A stretch of DNA of 64,000 nt from an uncultured delta proteobacterium (GCA_963704165.1 CAVPHD010000003.1:96001-160000); one strand, 5' to 3'; positions 31,493-45,468 are shown, numbered from the stretch's first letter. Notes: a model not told the origin generated them from the letters alone. Numbers and translations are program-made.

Positions 31493-34400
31493 ATGGCCCA
31501 CGGCTACCTCCTGTCGCTCGTTGCGCTCGTCGCTCTCACGGCCGCCGATCGGGCGCAGGCGCAGCCGGTGGAGTCTGGTACTAGCGGCCACTTCTACGAG
31601 TTCGTACCCGCAAGTCTCGCTTGGGACGACGCACGTCTCGCCGCGGAGAGCGCAGTCTTCATGGGTGTGAACGGGCATCTGGCCACGATCACCTCGCAGG
31701 CCGAGAACGACTTCCTGCTCTCGATCGCGCCAGCGCCAACGGCGGCCTTTCTTGGCGGCTGGATCGGAATGCTGGTCGCTTCTTCGACGGAGTGGGTGAC
31801 CGGTGAGCTCGTCACGTACCAGAACTGGGGCGGAATCGAACCGAACAACTCGCCGGGTCGAGGCTACATGCACATCGGCACGTCGTCCTTCGCGAACATC
31901 GACGTCGGAGAGTGGGCCGATGCGGCCAATGGACTGATCGCGGGTGGGGACCCCGTCATCGGCTACTTCGTGGAATACGACGTGTCCGTCGGGCCCCTGC
32001 GCTCCGGGATCGTGACCAGCCCGAACGAGTTCAGCGGCAACGAGACCGTGATCGACTTCGACGGCCTGTCTACACCCACCGGCCTCTTTCTCACGACCGA
32101 ACTCCAGGCCCAGTACGGCATCGTGTTCAGTCTCGATACCGACACTGGTCCGCGTATCTTCCTCGACGGTCCCGCCAGGCTCTTCGGGCCAGGCGGAGTG
32201 AGAATTCTCACCAACTACACGACGGCCAACTGTTCACCCACCGGAAACACGGGCTGCGGCAACATCACACTCACCTTCGACAGTCCGATTAATCGGATCG
32301 CCTTCGAGATCCGCAGCGGTAACCCCGCGGACGACCTGATTCTGACGGTCTCGAACAATGGCACGACCGTCGGCAGCAGCACCTATGACACAGACTCCAG
32401 CTACCGCGTCTTCGGCGTGCAGAGCTCGCAAGTTTTCGATCAGGTGACGATCGACGTGACGAACGTCGCCTCGGGAGTGCTGTTCCTCGACAATCTCCGC
32501 TTCGAGCTGGACCTGACCGACAGTGACGTGGATGGCCTGATCGACATAGCCGACAACTGCCCTGACGAGCCCAATCCCCTTCAGGAGGACAGCGACAGCG
32601 ACGGCTTCGGAGACGCCTGCTACGGACCCGTGATCTATGACAACGGGCTCTCGTACCTGGGCTACGGCGACGGTCGCTGGGAGTCCTACCAGTCGACGGT
32701 GTTGGCGGGATCGTTCTTCCCCGAAGTACCGCTCCGGGCCATCCTCGCCGACGACTTCATCCTGCCTTCGGGCCAGCAATGGGAGGTCGGGGGCGCGCGC
32801 TGGATCGGCTCCGACGAGAATCGGGCCACGGGCGCACTCCTGCCACGGGTCGGCGAGACCCGGACCTTCCTCATCCACTTCTACCACCACGCGCCCGGCG
32901 AGCAGCCGGGCGGGTATCCCTTCTCGGACGGCGACGCCTTCGCGACCCGAGCGGTCAGCGTGACGGGCGGCCAGGGGCACCCGGCCGGCGGGGCGCTTTC
33001 ACCTCTATACCAGGCGAACTTCGATACGCCGGTGACTCTGGAGGGTGGTGACCGCTACTGGGTGGCGATGATCGCGCTCGATGACTTCACCCAGAGATAC
33101 GGCTTCGATGGAACGTCGTACGGTCATTGGGCCAAGAGCGGCATACCGGGCGCCAATGCCAAGCAGGCCTCGACCGAGCTCGGGTCTTCGGAATGGTTCG
33201 ACCGCAACACGACCATGGCGTTCTCGCTGCTCGGCGCCGGCATGTCGGTGCCGCCGCCCAACCTGCCGCCGATCTGCGATGCGGGCGGACCGTACGCGCT
33301 CGTCTGCGGGAACGGGCCGCTGAGCCTGCAGATCGATGGATCGGCCTCGTCCGATCCCGAAGCGCAGGCGCTCTCCTACGCCTGGCAGGTGTCCTGTGAC
33401 GGCGCGTCCTCGCAGCTGGTCGATCCGACCAGCGCCACGCCGACTCTGACGATCGCGGAGCCGCTGTGTGAACAGGATAGCTGCAGCCTCGATTTGTCCG
33501 TGAGCGACGGCTCGCTCCAGGCCGGCTGCTCAGTTCAGGTGCCGGTGCGCGCGAAGGAGTCGGTGGAAGATCTGGTCTTCTCCCCGACGCTGGGACCGAT
33601 CCAGGTTTCCCCAAACACTGTTCAGACGGTGGTGGTCGAGCTTCAGAACGCCGGCACCTGCCCGAACAACGCGCGGTTCCCCGATCTGGACGCGCCGCCC
33701 GGACCTTCCCCGATCGTAAACATCGTCAGCATGGGTCCGGCTTCGACCGGGCCGGGAGCGACCTGTCCTGTCGGCTACGAGGTCGAGCTGTCCATCGATA
33801 CGAACGGTCTCCCAGACGGGTCGTACCAGCAGGTCCTGCGGCTCCGCGGTTCCGACGGCTCGTCCGTCGCGACGACGCTCACGATCGTGGTGGGAGCGCT
33901 GTCGCCGGATCTGACGCCGATCTCCTCGACCTCGTCGAGCGTGGTCGTGACCGGTGATCTCGGTGCGCCGCCTCTGGACGCCGGCGAGGGGGCCACGGTC
34001 CAGGTCAACGTCCGCAACATCGGTGCGGCGACGGCGGCTGCCTACGAGGTGAACTTCTTCGTCGATGGCCAGTACCGCGGAACGGTCGGCGGCGCAGCCG
34101 GGCTCGCTCCGGGTGGCTCGGCGCCGGCGCAGCTCGCCATCGCGGGCGGAACACTGGCCGCCGGAACCCACGTCATCAGCGTCGCGGTCGCCAGCTCCGG
34201 CGAGAGCAATGTCTCGAACAACGGAACCAGCGGCTTCTTGCAGGTTGGGGCACCCACGCCCGGCGAGGGCGCACTCATCGACGTGAGAGCCCATGCCTCG
34301 GGTTCGTGCGAGGCTGGCACCGTCCGGATCTCGGGCGATTCCAACTATCGATTCGTACCGAGCAACCTGACATTCCCGGTGAAGGGCGGCCCGGCCAGCG

Positions 34401-37400
34401 TTTCGATCTATCCCGTGGGGAGCGCGCTCCCGGTCGTGTCCGCCTTCCTGGAGCACACCGACACGACCGGACACTTCAGCGTCGAGCTGAACGCTCCGCC
34501 CGTCGGGGACTACGTCGCGGTCGTCAAGGTGACGGACCTGACCCTCGAGGGAGAAGACGAGGCGGACCTGAGGATCCTGCCGGCGGCGAGCTGTACGCCG
34601 CCACCTCCGCCCCCACCGTCCGGCACCACCCTCTCCCTGGGTATGAACTCCTGCGAGGCGAACGCCGCGGGCGCGGCGATCGATTTCGGCGACAGGATCT
34701 TCACGATCGACGGCGGGCAGTGTGCGGACCCTGGCCAGCTGAAGGGCCGAGACATCACGGTTCGCGGATCGGGTACGTTCAGTCCAGCTCCCCTCGGCCT
34801 TCGGGCGACCCTGCACACGCCGGGTGCCGCGGGCTTCAGTGCCCAGATCCTCGAGAGCGGTCTTCTGGGCACGCTGGCGATTCCGTTCGTAGGTCCGTTC
34901 ACTGGATCCGACGGCGCGGCCTGCGTACAACCACCGGCAGCAGACACGGTGTTTCGACTCGAGCCCTTCGACGGGGGCTCGCCCTACGACCTTCGCATCC
35001 AGCCGGCGACCCAGATCTTCCGCGGGTCCGCGACCCCCGGCGACGTGGTGCTCGAAGGCGAGGATCTCCATGCAGAGAGGGAATGCAATGTCGACTTCGG
35101 CGTCTTCGGTCGTGTGCGCTATGTGACGGGATCCGTCCCCTTCGACCATGGGCTGCCGATCTCGTGCGGGACGGTTCGGGCGCGCCTCTTCACTCCGACC
35201 GGTGGAGCCATCCTCGGGAACGAAGTTGTGTCCACGACGGATGCACAAGGAAACCTGGCGCTCACCGGGTTCGGCTACACGCTCGAGCGGGACGTGGAGT
35301 ACTCGGTCGAGGTCGCGGTCAGCGACGGCGTGATCACGCAGACCCTCCCCCGGATTCCCGCCGGGTGTTCCCAGAGCCAGGGCGTGGGACCGGGTGGCGC
35401 GCCGGCACCGGCGCCGACCGCCGCAGCCCAAGACCTGTTCGTCTTCGCCGAGGACGTGACCTTCCTCGGTGACGGGACCTGCAGCGTCGGTCTGATCGGG
35501 ACTCCAGAGCCCGGCGACGAGGTCGGCATTGCAGCGACCATCCATCTCGATGGCGCGGACACCCCGATCCAGAATCAGACGATCACGTTGAAGGAACACC
35601 TACCTGTGAACGGCGCGCTGGCGGAGAGCGTCGTCGCGTCGCCAACGGTGGACTTCCCGTCAGGGGCCCGAGAAGCGGACGTCTGCGTGAGCTGGACGCC
35701 GCAGACCCGCGGCTACCGGATCATCGAGGTCGCGATCGACTCGAACCACATCACGCAGAGTTCGATCTCGAACGACGCCGCCACTCGCGCCATCAGCATC
35801 GGGCGCAGCGTGTGCAAGCTCGAGCTGTCCGAGCGATCGCTGACCATCGCGCGCGGTGCGTCCTCGAGCATCCGGCTGAGGAATGCCCATGACGAAGGCA
35901 TCACGCCGGTCCTCGATCTGTCGGTCCAGCCGCTCTCCGCAGGCACGCTGCCGGAGGGCCTCACGGCAACGTTCAGCTCTCTGAAGCTGGTGGACGCCGA
36001 GACGGTGGAGCTCGTCTTCGGGTCGACCGCGCAGACCCCGCCGGGTCGCTACCCCGTGGCGCTGGTTGCCGACGGACTCGACTGCACGCCCGTGGCCACA
36101 TTCACAGTCGTAGTCCTGGGCCACAATCCAGAGCTCGCCTCGATCGCCGACCAGACACTCCAATGCGGCACGCGTTCGGTCGGTCTCTCGGCCAGCGATC
36201 CCGACGGCGACGCGGTGACCCTGAGCGCGAGCGGACTGCCGCCCTTCGCAAGCCTGGTCGATGTGGGAGACGGGACCGGAAGCGTCGAGATCACGGCCGG
36301 TGCCGGCGAGCAGGGGACCTACCCCGGCGCGACGATTACCGCGACGGACGATTTCGGCTTCTCCGACGGCAAGAGCTTCCAGATCAGCGTCACCGATCAC
36401 GCTCCTCTGGTCGCCTCGATCGCCGACGGTGCCCTCACCTGTCTGGGCGGCGCGATCCATGTGTCGGCCTCTGATCCGGATGGCGATGCGCTGCGGCTGA
36501 CGCTGAGCTCTCCGACCCCCGCGACGATCCTGCTAGACAACGCAGGATGGCTCGGGATCCATCGCGGTCGGAGAGGGCATCGCTGCGGGCAGCTATGCGC
36601 TCGAAGTCACGGCGACCGATCAGACCTGCGGTGCGACGTCCAGCGAGAGCTTCGTCCTCACCGTGGCGCCCAACCTGCCGCCGCAGACGACGCCCGTCGA
36701 CCCCCAAGAGATGGTTGCGGGGGAGACGCTCTCTTCGACCTGAGTTCGATCGACCCCGAGGCGGGCCCGGTGAGTTTCCACGCAAGTGGACTGCCGGCCT
36801 TCGCCGAGCTCGAGACGACAGTCGGCGTCGGCACGGCGCTCGTCCTGATGCCGGGCGCTGCCGACGTCGGTGCCCACGTGATCGAAATCGTGGCAATCGA
36901 TGCGTGTGGCGGGAGTTCGCTCACGCAGATCGATGTCAACGTGCTGCCAGAGAACCAGTTCCCGAGCGCGGATGCGGGACCCGATCAGAGCGTGAACGAG
37001 GGAACGCCCACAGTCCTCCTCGATGGAACGGGCAGTAGCGATCCCGACAGCGACGTGCTCGCCTTCAGGTGGACGCAGGTGGCCGGGCCCGCGGTGCTGC
37101 TTGCCAATCCGTCGAGCGCGCAGCCCGGCTTCAGTGCCCCGTTCGTGAGCAGCGACATCACGCTGACCTTCGAGCTCGTCGTCGATGACGGGGCCGTGTC
37201 CAGCGCTCCGGACACAGTCAACGTCACGATCGTCAACTCGAACAACCCACCCGTCGCGGATGCCGGCGACGCGAGCACGATCAAGGAGGGAGCGGTCGCG
37301 ACTCTCGATGCGAGCAGCAGCTACGATCCGGAGGGGCAAGAGCCTCTCGAGTTCAGCTGGACCCAGCTCGCGGGGCCCGTCGTCGCGCTCGATCCGAGCA

Positions 37401-38266
37401 ACTCGGTCGCAAGCCCCACCTTCGTCGCTCCGCTCGACGTCGGCGCCCAGCTGGTCTTCGAGGTCGTCGTGGGCGACGGGCAGGAGTGGAGTGATCCCGA
37501 TGACGTCACGGTGACCATCGTGGAGAACAGCGCGCCCGAGGCCAACGCCGGTCCGGATCAAACTCGCGACGAGTTCACCCTCGTCACGCTGGCCGGTGCC
37601 GGTAGCAGCGATCCCGACGGAGACGCCCTGAGCTTCGCCTGGACGCAGGTGGCGGGACCGCCCGTCTCCTTGAGCGACCCGAGCGCGTCCGCGCCGACCT
37701 TCGTCGCACCGCTGGTGGCGCCCGGCGGCGTGGACGTGGTTCTCGAGCTCGTGGTCACCGACGACGACCCGGTGCACCCCAAGGTCTCCCAACCCGACCT
37801 CGTCAGCGTGGCGGTCGTGAACACGAACGATCCGCCCCGCTGCGATCTCGGCCGGTCGGTCTGCCCCGACACCACCTTCAAGTCGAAGCAGAGCGTCGAT
37901 GCGTGCGTGATGTGGCCGCCGAATCACACCATGCTCCCGGTCAGCATCACCGGAGTCACCGACGAGGATCCAGGTTCGAGCGAGGTGACAGTGCGCATTA
38001 CCGGCGTCACCCAGGACGAGCCGATCAATGGCACGGGTGACGGCGACACGAGCCCGGATGCGGTCATCCAGGCCGGAGATCCGAGCGACGCGGTCCTGCT
38101 GCGTTCGGAGCGCTCGGGTGGAGGCGACGGCCGCGTCTACGTCGTGAGCTTCACGGCGGACGACGGCATGGAGAGCTGCAGCGGTTCGGTCACGGCGGGC
38201 GTGCCGCACAACCGCAAGGCCATCCCGATCGACGACGGTCAGCTCTACGACTCGACTCAGCCATAG
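31493..38266 (+). CDS. Giant secreted multidomain surface protein (C-type lectin-like, TSP3, CARDB, Ig-like, PKD repeats, WPPNH C-terminal domain)
   Basis: SD GAGGAG and a signal peptide. Contains GHLATITSQAEN..WIG..NWGGIEPN, DNCPDEPNPLQEDSDSDGFGDAC, repeated (A/C)DAGxxx..SSDPxxxxLxxxWTQ units and MWPPNH..LRSERSGGGDGRVY. Confidence 0.88.
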   Translation: MAHGYLLSLVALVALTAADRAQAQPVESGTSGHFYEFVPASLAWDDARLAAESAVFMGVNGHLATITSQAENDFLLSIAPAPTAAFLGGWIGMLVASSTEWVTGELVTYQNWGGIEPNNSPGRGYMHIGTSSFANIDVGEWADAANGLIAGGDPVIGYFVEYDVSVGPLRSGIVTSPNEFSGNETVIDFDGLSTPTGLFLTTELQAQYGIVFSLDTDTGPRIFLDGPARLFGPGGVRILTNYTTANCSPTGNTGCGNITLTFDSPINRIAFEIRSGNPADDLILTVSNNGTTVGSSTYDTDSSYRVFGVQSSQVFDQVTIDVTNVASGVLFLDNLRFELDLTDSDVDGLIDIADNCPDEPNPLQEDSDSDGFGDACYGPVIYDNGLSYLGYGDGRWESYQSTVLAGSFFPEVPLRAILADDFILPSGQQWEVGGARWIGSDENRATGALLPRVGETRTFLIHFYHHAPGEQPGGYPFSDGDAFATRAVSVTGGQGHPAGGALSPLYQANFDTPVTLEGGDRYWVAMIALDDFTQRYGFDGTSYGHWAKSGIPGANAKQASTELGSSEWFDRNTTMAFSLLGAGMSVPPPNLPPICDAGGPYALVCGNGPLSLQIDGSASSDPEAQALSYAWQVSCDGASSQLVDPTSATPTLTIAEPLCEQDSCSLDLSVSDGSLQAGCSVQVPVRAKESVEDLVFSPTLGPIQVSPNTVQTVVVELQNAGTCPNNARFPDLDAPPGPSPIVNIVSMGPASTGPGATCPVGYEVELSIDTNGLPDGSYQQVLRLRGSDGSSVATTLTIVVGALSPDLTPISSTSSSVVVTGDLGAPPLDAGEGATVQVNVRNIGAATAAAYEVNFFVDGQYRGTVGGAAGLAPGGSAPAQLAIAGGTLAAGTHVISVAVASSGESNVSNNGTSGFLQVGAPTPGEGALIDVRAHASGSCEAGTVRISGDSNYRFVPSNLTFPVKGGPASVSIYPVGSALPVVSAFLEHTDTTGHFSVELNAPPVGDYVAVVKVTDLTLEGEDEADLRILPAASCTPPPPPPPSGTTLSLGMNSCEANAAGAAIDFGDRIFTIDGGQCADPGQLKGRDITVRGSGTFSPAPLGLRATLHTPGAAGFSAQILESGLLGTLAIPFVGPFTGSDGAACVQPPAADTVFRLEPFDGGSPYDLRIQPATQIFRGSATPGDVVLEGEDLHAERECNVDFGVFGRVRYVTGSVPFDHGLPISCGTVRARLFTPTGGAILGNEVVSTTDAQGNLALTGFGYTLERDVEYSVEVAVSDGVITQTLPRIPAGCSQSQGVGPGGAPAPAPTAAAQDLFVFAEDVTFLGDGTCSVGLIGTPEPGDEVGIAATIHLDGADTPIQNQTITLKEHLPVNGALAESVVASPTVDFPSGAREADVCVSWTPQTRGYRIIEVAIDSNHITQSSISNDAATRAISIGRSVCKLELSERSLTIARGASSSIRLRNAHDEGITPVLDLSVQPLSAGTLPEGLTATFSSLKLVDAETVELVFGSTAQTPPGRYPVALVADGLDCTPVATFTVVVLGHNPELASIADQTLQCGTRSVGLSASDPDGDAVTLSASGLPPFASLVDVGDGTGSVEITAGAGEQGTYPGATITATDDFGFSDGKSFQISVTDHAPLVASIADGALTCLGGAIHVSASDPDGDALRLTLSSPTPATILLDNAGWLGIHRGRRGHRCGQLCARSHGDRSDLRCDVQRELRPHRGAQPAAADDARRPPRDGCGGDALFDLSSIDPEAGPVSFHASGLPAFAELETTVGVGTALVLMPGAADVGAHVIEIVAIDACGGSSLTQIDVNVLPENQFPSADAGPDQSVNEGTPTVLLDGTGSSDPDSDVLAFRWTQVAGPAVLLANPSSAQPGFSAPFVSSDITLTFELVVDDGAVSSAPDTVNVTIVNSNNPPVADAGDASTIKEGAVATLDASSSYDPEGQEPLEFSWTQLAGPVVALDPSNSVASPTFVAPLDVGAQLVFEVVVGDGQEWSDPDDVTVTIVENSAPEANAGPDQTRDEFTLVTLAGAGSSDPDGDALSFAWTQVAGPPVSLSDPSASAPTFVAPLVAPGGVDVVLELVVTDDDPVHPKVSQPDLVSVAVVNTNDPPRCDLGRSVCPDTTFKSKQSVDACVMWPPNHTMLPVSITGVTDEDPGSSEVTVRITGVTQDEPINGTGDGDTSPDAVIQAGDPSDAVLLRSERSGGGDGRVYVVSFTADDGMESCSGSVTAGVPHNRKAIPIDDGQLYDSTQP

Positions 38267-38568
38267 AGCCGGAAATACCAGCGCGATTCCACCCCCGGAG
38301 TTCCGGCTCGCGGCGGTCTGTATTGGCTCGAGCCACGGGAGCCGGCGCTCGTGCGGCGGAGCTGGTAGGGGCGAATCTGCAGCGGAGACGAACGGCTCGG
38401 TATCGCGACCGCCACAGGGGTGTGAGGAGTTCCACGATGGGTGCGCTGTGCGACGCGCGGCCGTGTCGTTCGAGCTGAACCGGCTCCGCTTCCGCGGAGC
38501 ACGCACTTCGGTGTGGGCGCGTCACAGCGACGACGTGGAGAGTTCGGGCTCGAGGGGGTCGCGGCGGG

Positions 38569-42071
<3,503 letters not shown>

Positions 42072-42138
42072 GGCGGGACTCCGACACAACTATCCGATCC
42101 GGCGTGGGTTTCTGTCAACCACCCGACACGCGCGCGAA

Positions 42139-43203
42139 ATGCTCGGGGCGGTTAGACTCGCGCGCATCGCTCAAACGCTGTCGCCGAATGTGGATCTCTC
42201 GCACGCGGAACGCCCCGCGGACGCCGGCGTCGTGGCTCGCCCGCCCGCATTCTCGGAGCTCGTGGCGGAGCTCCGCGCGCTCGGCTGCTTCCGGCCGGCG
42301 CCGTTCGGGCCGCTCGTCGACGCCGCACTGACGTTCGTCTCGGCGGTGGCGCTCTTCGTGCTCGCGTCGCAGGCGCCGCTCTGGGCCGCGGTCCCGCTCT
42401 TCGCGCTGGCGTCTCTGCTCCACGCGCGGATCGGGTGGGCGATGCACGACGCGGCGCACGGCAACCTCTTCGAGCGGAAGTGGACCGACGAGATCCTGAC
42501 GTGGGTCTTCTGCTTCCTCTTGGGCGAGTTCCCTTCCGGCTGGCGGCACGGGCACGACGCGCACCATCGCGCGACGAACATCCGCAGCGTCGACCGCGAC
42601 AAGCGCGAGCGCTGGGAGCCCGGCCGGCGCTACCGCTCGCGTGTGTGGGCCGCGATCGACGTGCTCGTCTTGGTGCGACGCTACGGCCTGACGCTGCCCC
42701 GGCTGCTCGCGTTCCTGGGCATACGCGACGGCGTGTACGCGGCGCGCACCCGGCCCGATCGATTCCCCGCCGAGCTCGTCGCTGCGGTCGCGGGCACCAT
42801 CGGGATCCTGGCCTTCTTCGTGTACCTGTACGGTGGTTGGGGGATCGCGCTCTACGTTCCCTACAGCTGGATCGCGGGCGTCTATCTGAATTTGATCTTC
42901 GCCGGAAACCACTACGACCGGCCGGCCTGGGACGAGCCACCGGCGCTCGATTTCGCGGCGCGGCAGATCCTGACGACGACCAACTACTCCGGCGGTGCCT
43001 TGGTGCGCGCACTCTGCGGCGGCCTCGAGAGCCACATCGAGCACCACCTGTTCCCGAAAATGCCGCGAAGCCACCTGCGTCGCGCTTCGCCCGCGGTGCG
43101 GCGGTACTGCGAGGCCCGCGGAATGACGTACGTGGAGCGCTCGTTCGGCGATGCGGTCCGCAGCGTCATCGACTACCACGTGGATCCAGCGGCACGCGCC
43201 TGA
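42139..43203 (+). CDS. Membrane fatty-acid desaturase
   Basis: His boxes HDAAH, HDAHH and HIEHHLFP, plus TM helices. The start is uncertain (42139 or GTG 42190). Confidence 0.88.
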   Translation: MLGAVRLARIAQTLSPNVDLSHAERPADAGVVARPPAFSELVAELRALGCFRPAPFGPLVDAALTFVSAVALFVLASQAPLWAAVPLFALASLLHARIGWAMHDAAHGNLFERKWTDEILTWVFCFLLGEFPSGWRHGHDAHHRATNIRSVDRDKRERWEPGRRYRSRVWAAIDVLVLVRRYGLTLPRLLAFLGIRDGVYAARTRPDRFPAELVAAVAGTIGILAFFVYLYGGWGIALYVPYSWIAGVYLNLIFAGNHYDRPAWDEPPALDFAARQILTTTNYSGGALVRALCGGLESHIEHHLFPKMPRSHLRRASPAVRRYCEARGMTYVERSFGDAVRSVIDYHVDPAARA

Positions 43204-43264
43204 GCGCAGGCGAGCGCCCGCCCGGGCGCTCAACTTCCCGCGCCGGAACACCGACAGCCCGGAC

Positions 43265-43852
43265 ATGGCGCGGTACTCCGCGGCGTTGCTCATCGGCTTG
43301 TGGATCGCGTATTCGTTCTGGAGCTCGCGACCCGTCTCGCGGCCGCCGGGCGTGATCGCCCCGAACGCGCCGGTGCAGGAGAACCTCGCCGACGGGCCTC
43401 GCTGGGAGATCGCCGGCTACGACGTTCACGCGCTCGCGCGCTTCGAGATCGAGGCACGCGTGCTCTCGGCGGAGCGCTACCGATTCGACCGAGAGGCCGA
43501 TCTCGCGCCGCTCGATCTCGCACTCGGCTGGGGCCCGATGTCGGCCAACGCCGTGCTCGACACGCTCCAGATCTCGCAGGGCGGGCGATTCTTCCACTGG
43601 TCGAGCCGCGAGCCGATGATCGATCCGGGCGAGATCACCCGGCACAGCGCGAACATGCACTTGGTTCCGATCGACTCGGAGATCCGCGCGACGCTTCTCG
43701 ACGCGCGAAGTGGCCATCTCGTTCACCTGCAGGGCTGGCTGATCGAAGCGCACGCCCAGGACGGATGGAAGTGGCGAAGCTCCCTGACCCGCGGTGACAC
43801 GGGCCACGGCGCGTGCGAACTCGTACTCGTGGAGCGCGCGTCGCTCGAGTGA
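43265..43852 (+). CDS. Membrane-anchored hypothetical protein
   Basis: N-terminal TM helix, PLDLALGWGPMS, HSANMHLVP and WRSSLTRGDTGHGACE. Confidence 0.75.
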   Translation: MARYSAALLIGLWIAYSFWSSRPVSRPPGVIAPNAPVQENLADGPRWEIAGYDVHALARFEIEARVLSAERYRFDREADLAPLDLALGWGPMSANAVLDTLQISQGGRFFHWSSREPMIDPGEITRHSANMHLVPIDSEIRATLLDARSGHLVHLQGWLIEAHAQDGWKWRSSLTRGDTGHGACELVLVERASLE

Positions 43853-43880
43853 CCGGGGTCGGCCGCCCTTCGACGCCGCG

Positions 43881-45369
43881 TCATTCGCCACGCTGCGCCG
43901 CGCGCGCGATTCCGCGGAGCATGCCGCGGAAGACGAGCGCGTGCAGCGGGTAGATCCCGTACCAGTAGGCCAGCCCGCGGAGCCCGACCGGGTCGAAGAT
44001 CGCCGTCTGCCGGATACGGGCGCCGCCGCGCCTCGCGGCTCGACCTCGAACTGCGAGCCAGGCGCGCCCGGGCAGCTTCATCTCGGCGGCGAGCCGCAGG
44101 CAGCGGTCCGGCTCGATCGCCTCGACGCGCCAGAAGTCGAGCGTGTCGCCGACGCGAAGCCGCTCGGGGTCGCGGCGTCCGCGGCGCATGCCGACGCCGC
44201 CGACGAGCAGGTCGAGCAGCCGCGCAGACGCCAGAGCCAGGTCGTCCGCAGTACCAGCCGGTCTCGCCGCCGATGCGCCGGATCGGCGCGAACGCGCGCT
44301 CGGCGGACACCGCGACCGTGGACGCTGCGCGCATCGACGAGGCGGTTGCCGAAGCGCACGCCCGCCCGAAGGGCGGCGGCTCGCGCGCCGCCGACAGCGC
44401 GTCCGACCAGCGCGTCTCGGCGAACGCCGCGGTCCTCGTCGCGCAGCGCGCGCGGCGATCGCCTCGCGCACGCCGCTCGGGCGGATCGCGAAGTCTGCGA
44501 GCGCCGACTCGTCGCGGACCACGGTCGGGTGGCGGATGCTCTCGATCAGCTTGCGGCCGACTGCGCGCGTAGAGCGGCGTGACCAGGCCGAGCCAGAGGC
44601 TCGAGAGCCGCGGCGTCAGCACCGGCACCGGAATCATCCAGCGCGCGCAGCCCGCGCTGGCGCGCGTACTCGCGCATGAGTCCCGCGTAGGAGACACGGT
44701 CGGCGCCGCCGATCTCGAACACGCGGCTCTCCGCGCAGCGGGACGTCGAGCGCGGCCACGAGGTACGCGAGCACGTCCTCGATCGCGATCGGCTGCGCCG
44801 AGCACGTCGACCCAGCGCGGCGTGATCATCACCGGCAGGCGCTCGACGAGCGCGCGGATCATCTCGAACGAGAGGCTGCCCGAGCCGATCACGATCGAGG
44901 CGCGGAACTCGATCGCGGGCACGCCGGACCCGCGCAGGATGCGCCCGACCTCCTGCCGGCTGCGCAGGTGCGCGGAGAGATCGCTCGCGCGCGTCGCCGA
45001 GCCCGCCGAGGTAGACGATGCGCCGCACGCCCGCGGCGCGCGGCGGCGCTCGCGAAGTTCTCGCGCGGCGCAGCGATCGCGCTCCTCGAAGTCCGCGCGC
45101 GCGCCCATCGAGTGGACCAGGTAGTAGGCCGCGTCGACGCCGGCGAGCGCGCGGTCGAGCGAACGTCGGATCGAGACGTCCCCCGCGACGACCTCGGTCG
45201 TCGCCGCGACGCTCGCGCGCAGCGACTCGGGACGGCGCGCCAGGCAACGGACGATTCGGCCGTCGGTCTCGAGCCGGTGCAGCAGTCGACCGCCGACGTA
45301 CCCCGTCGCACCGGTCACGAGGATCAACCCACGCACCTCGCGAAGCGCCTGCTCGCGATCCGCTGCCAT
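43881..45369 (-). CDS. YbjT-like NAD(P)-binding SDR with a DUF2867 domain; heavily frameshifted
   Basis: ILVTGATGYVGGRL, YYLVHSM, HLRSRQEVG, GSGSLSFEMIR, DFWRVE, AEMKLPGRAWL and QTAIFDPVGLRGLAYWY are spread over several frames. Confidence 0.82.
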
Positions 45370-45468
45370 ACGCTCCGCTCCGCCATCTCTCCCGCGAGCA
45401 TGCCGAAACCGTGCGTGGCCGTCGCGCGGGTCGCGTGCGCCGGTCACCGATCCCGCTAGCTTGCGGAT

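Noticed and set aside
36955..37830. Recurrent DNA motifs (AGCGATCCCGAC..TGGACGCAGGTGGC) as a repeat array or CRISPR
   Set aside because: They are explained by PKD domain repeats inside the CDS, are degenerate, and are several hundred nt apart.
38267..38568. Intergenic hairpin (AGCCGGAA/TTCCGGCT) and a 13-codon ORF with a GAGGAG SD
   Set aside because: Both are too short and weak to distinguish from chance or decayed sequence.
43881..45369. YbjT-like gene as a true pseudogene or programmed frameshift locus
   Set aside because: The motifs are intact and the scattered single-base indels match the error pattern seen in essential genes.
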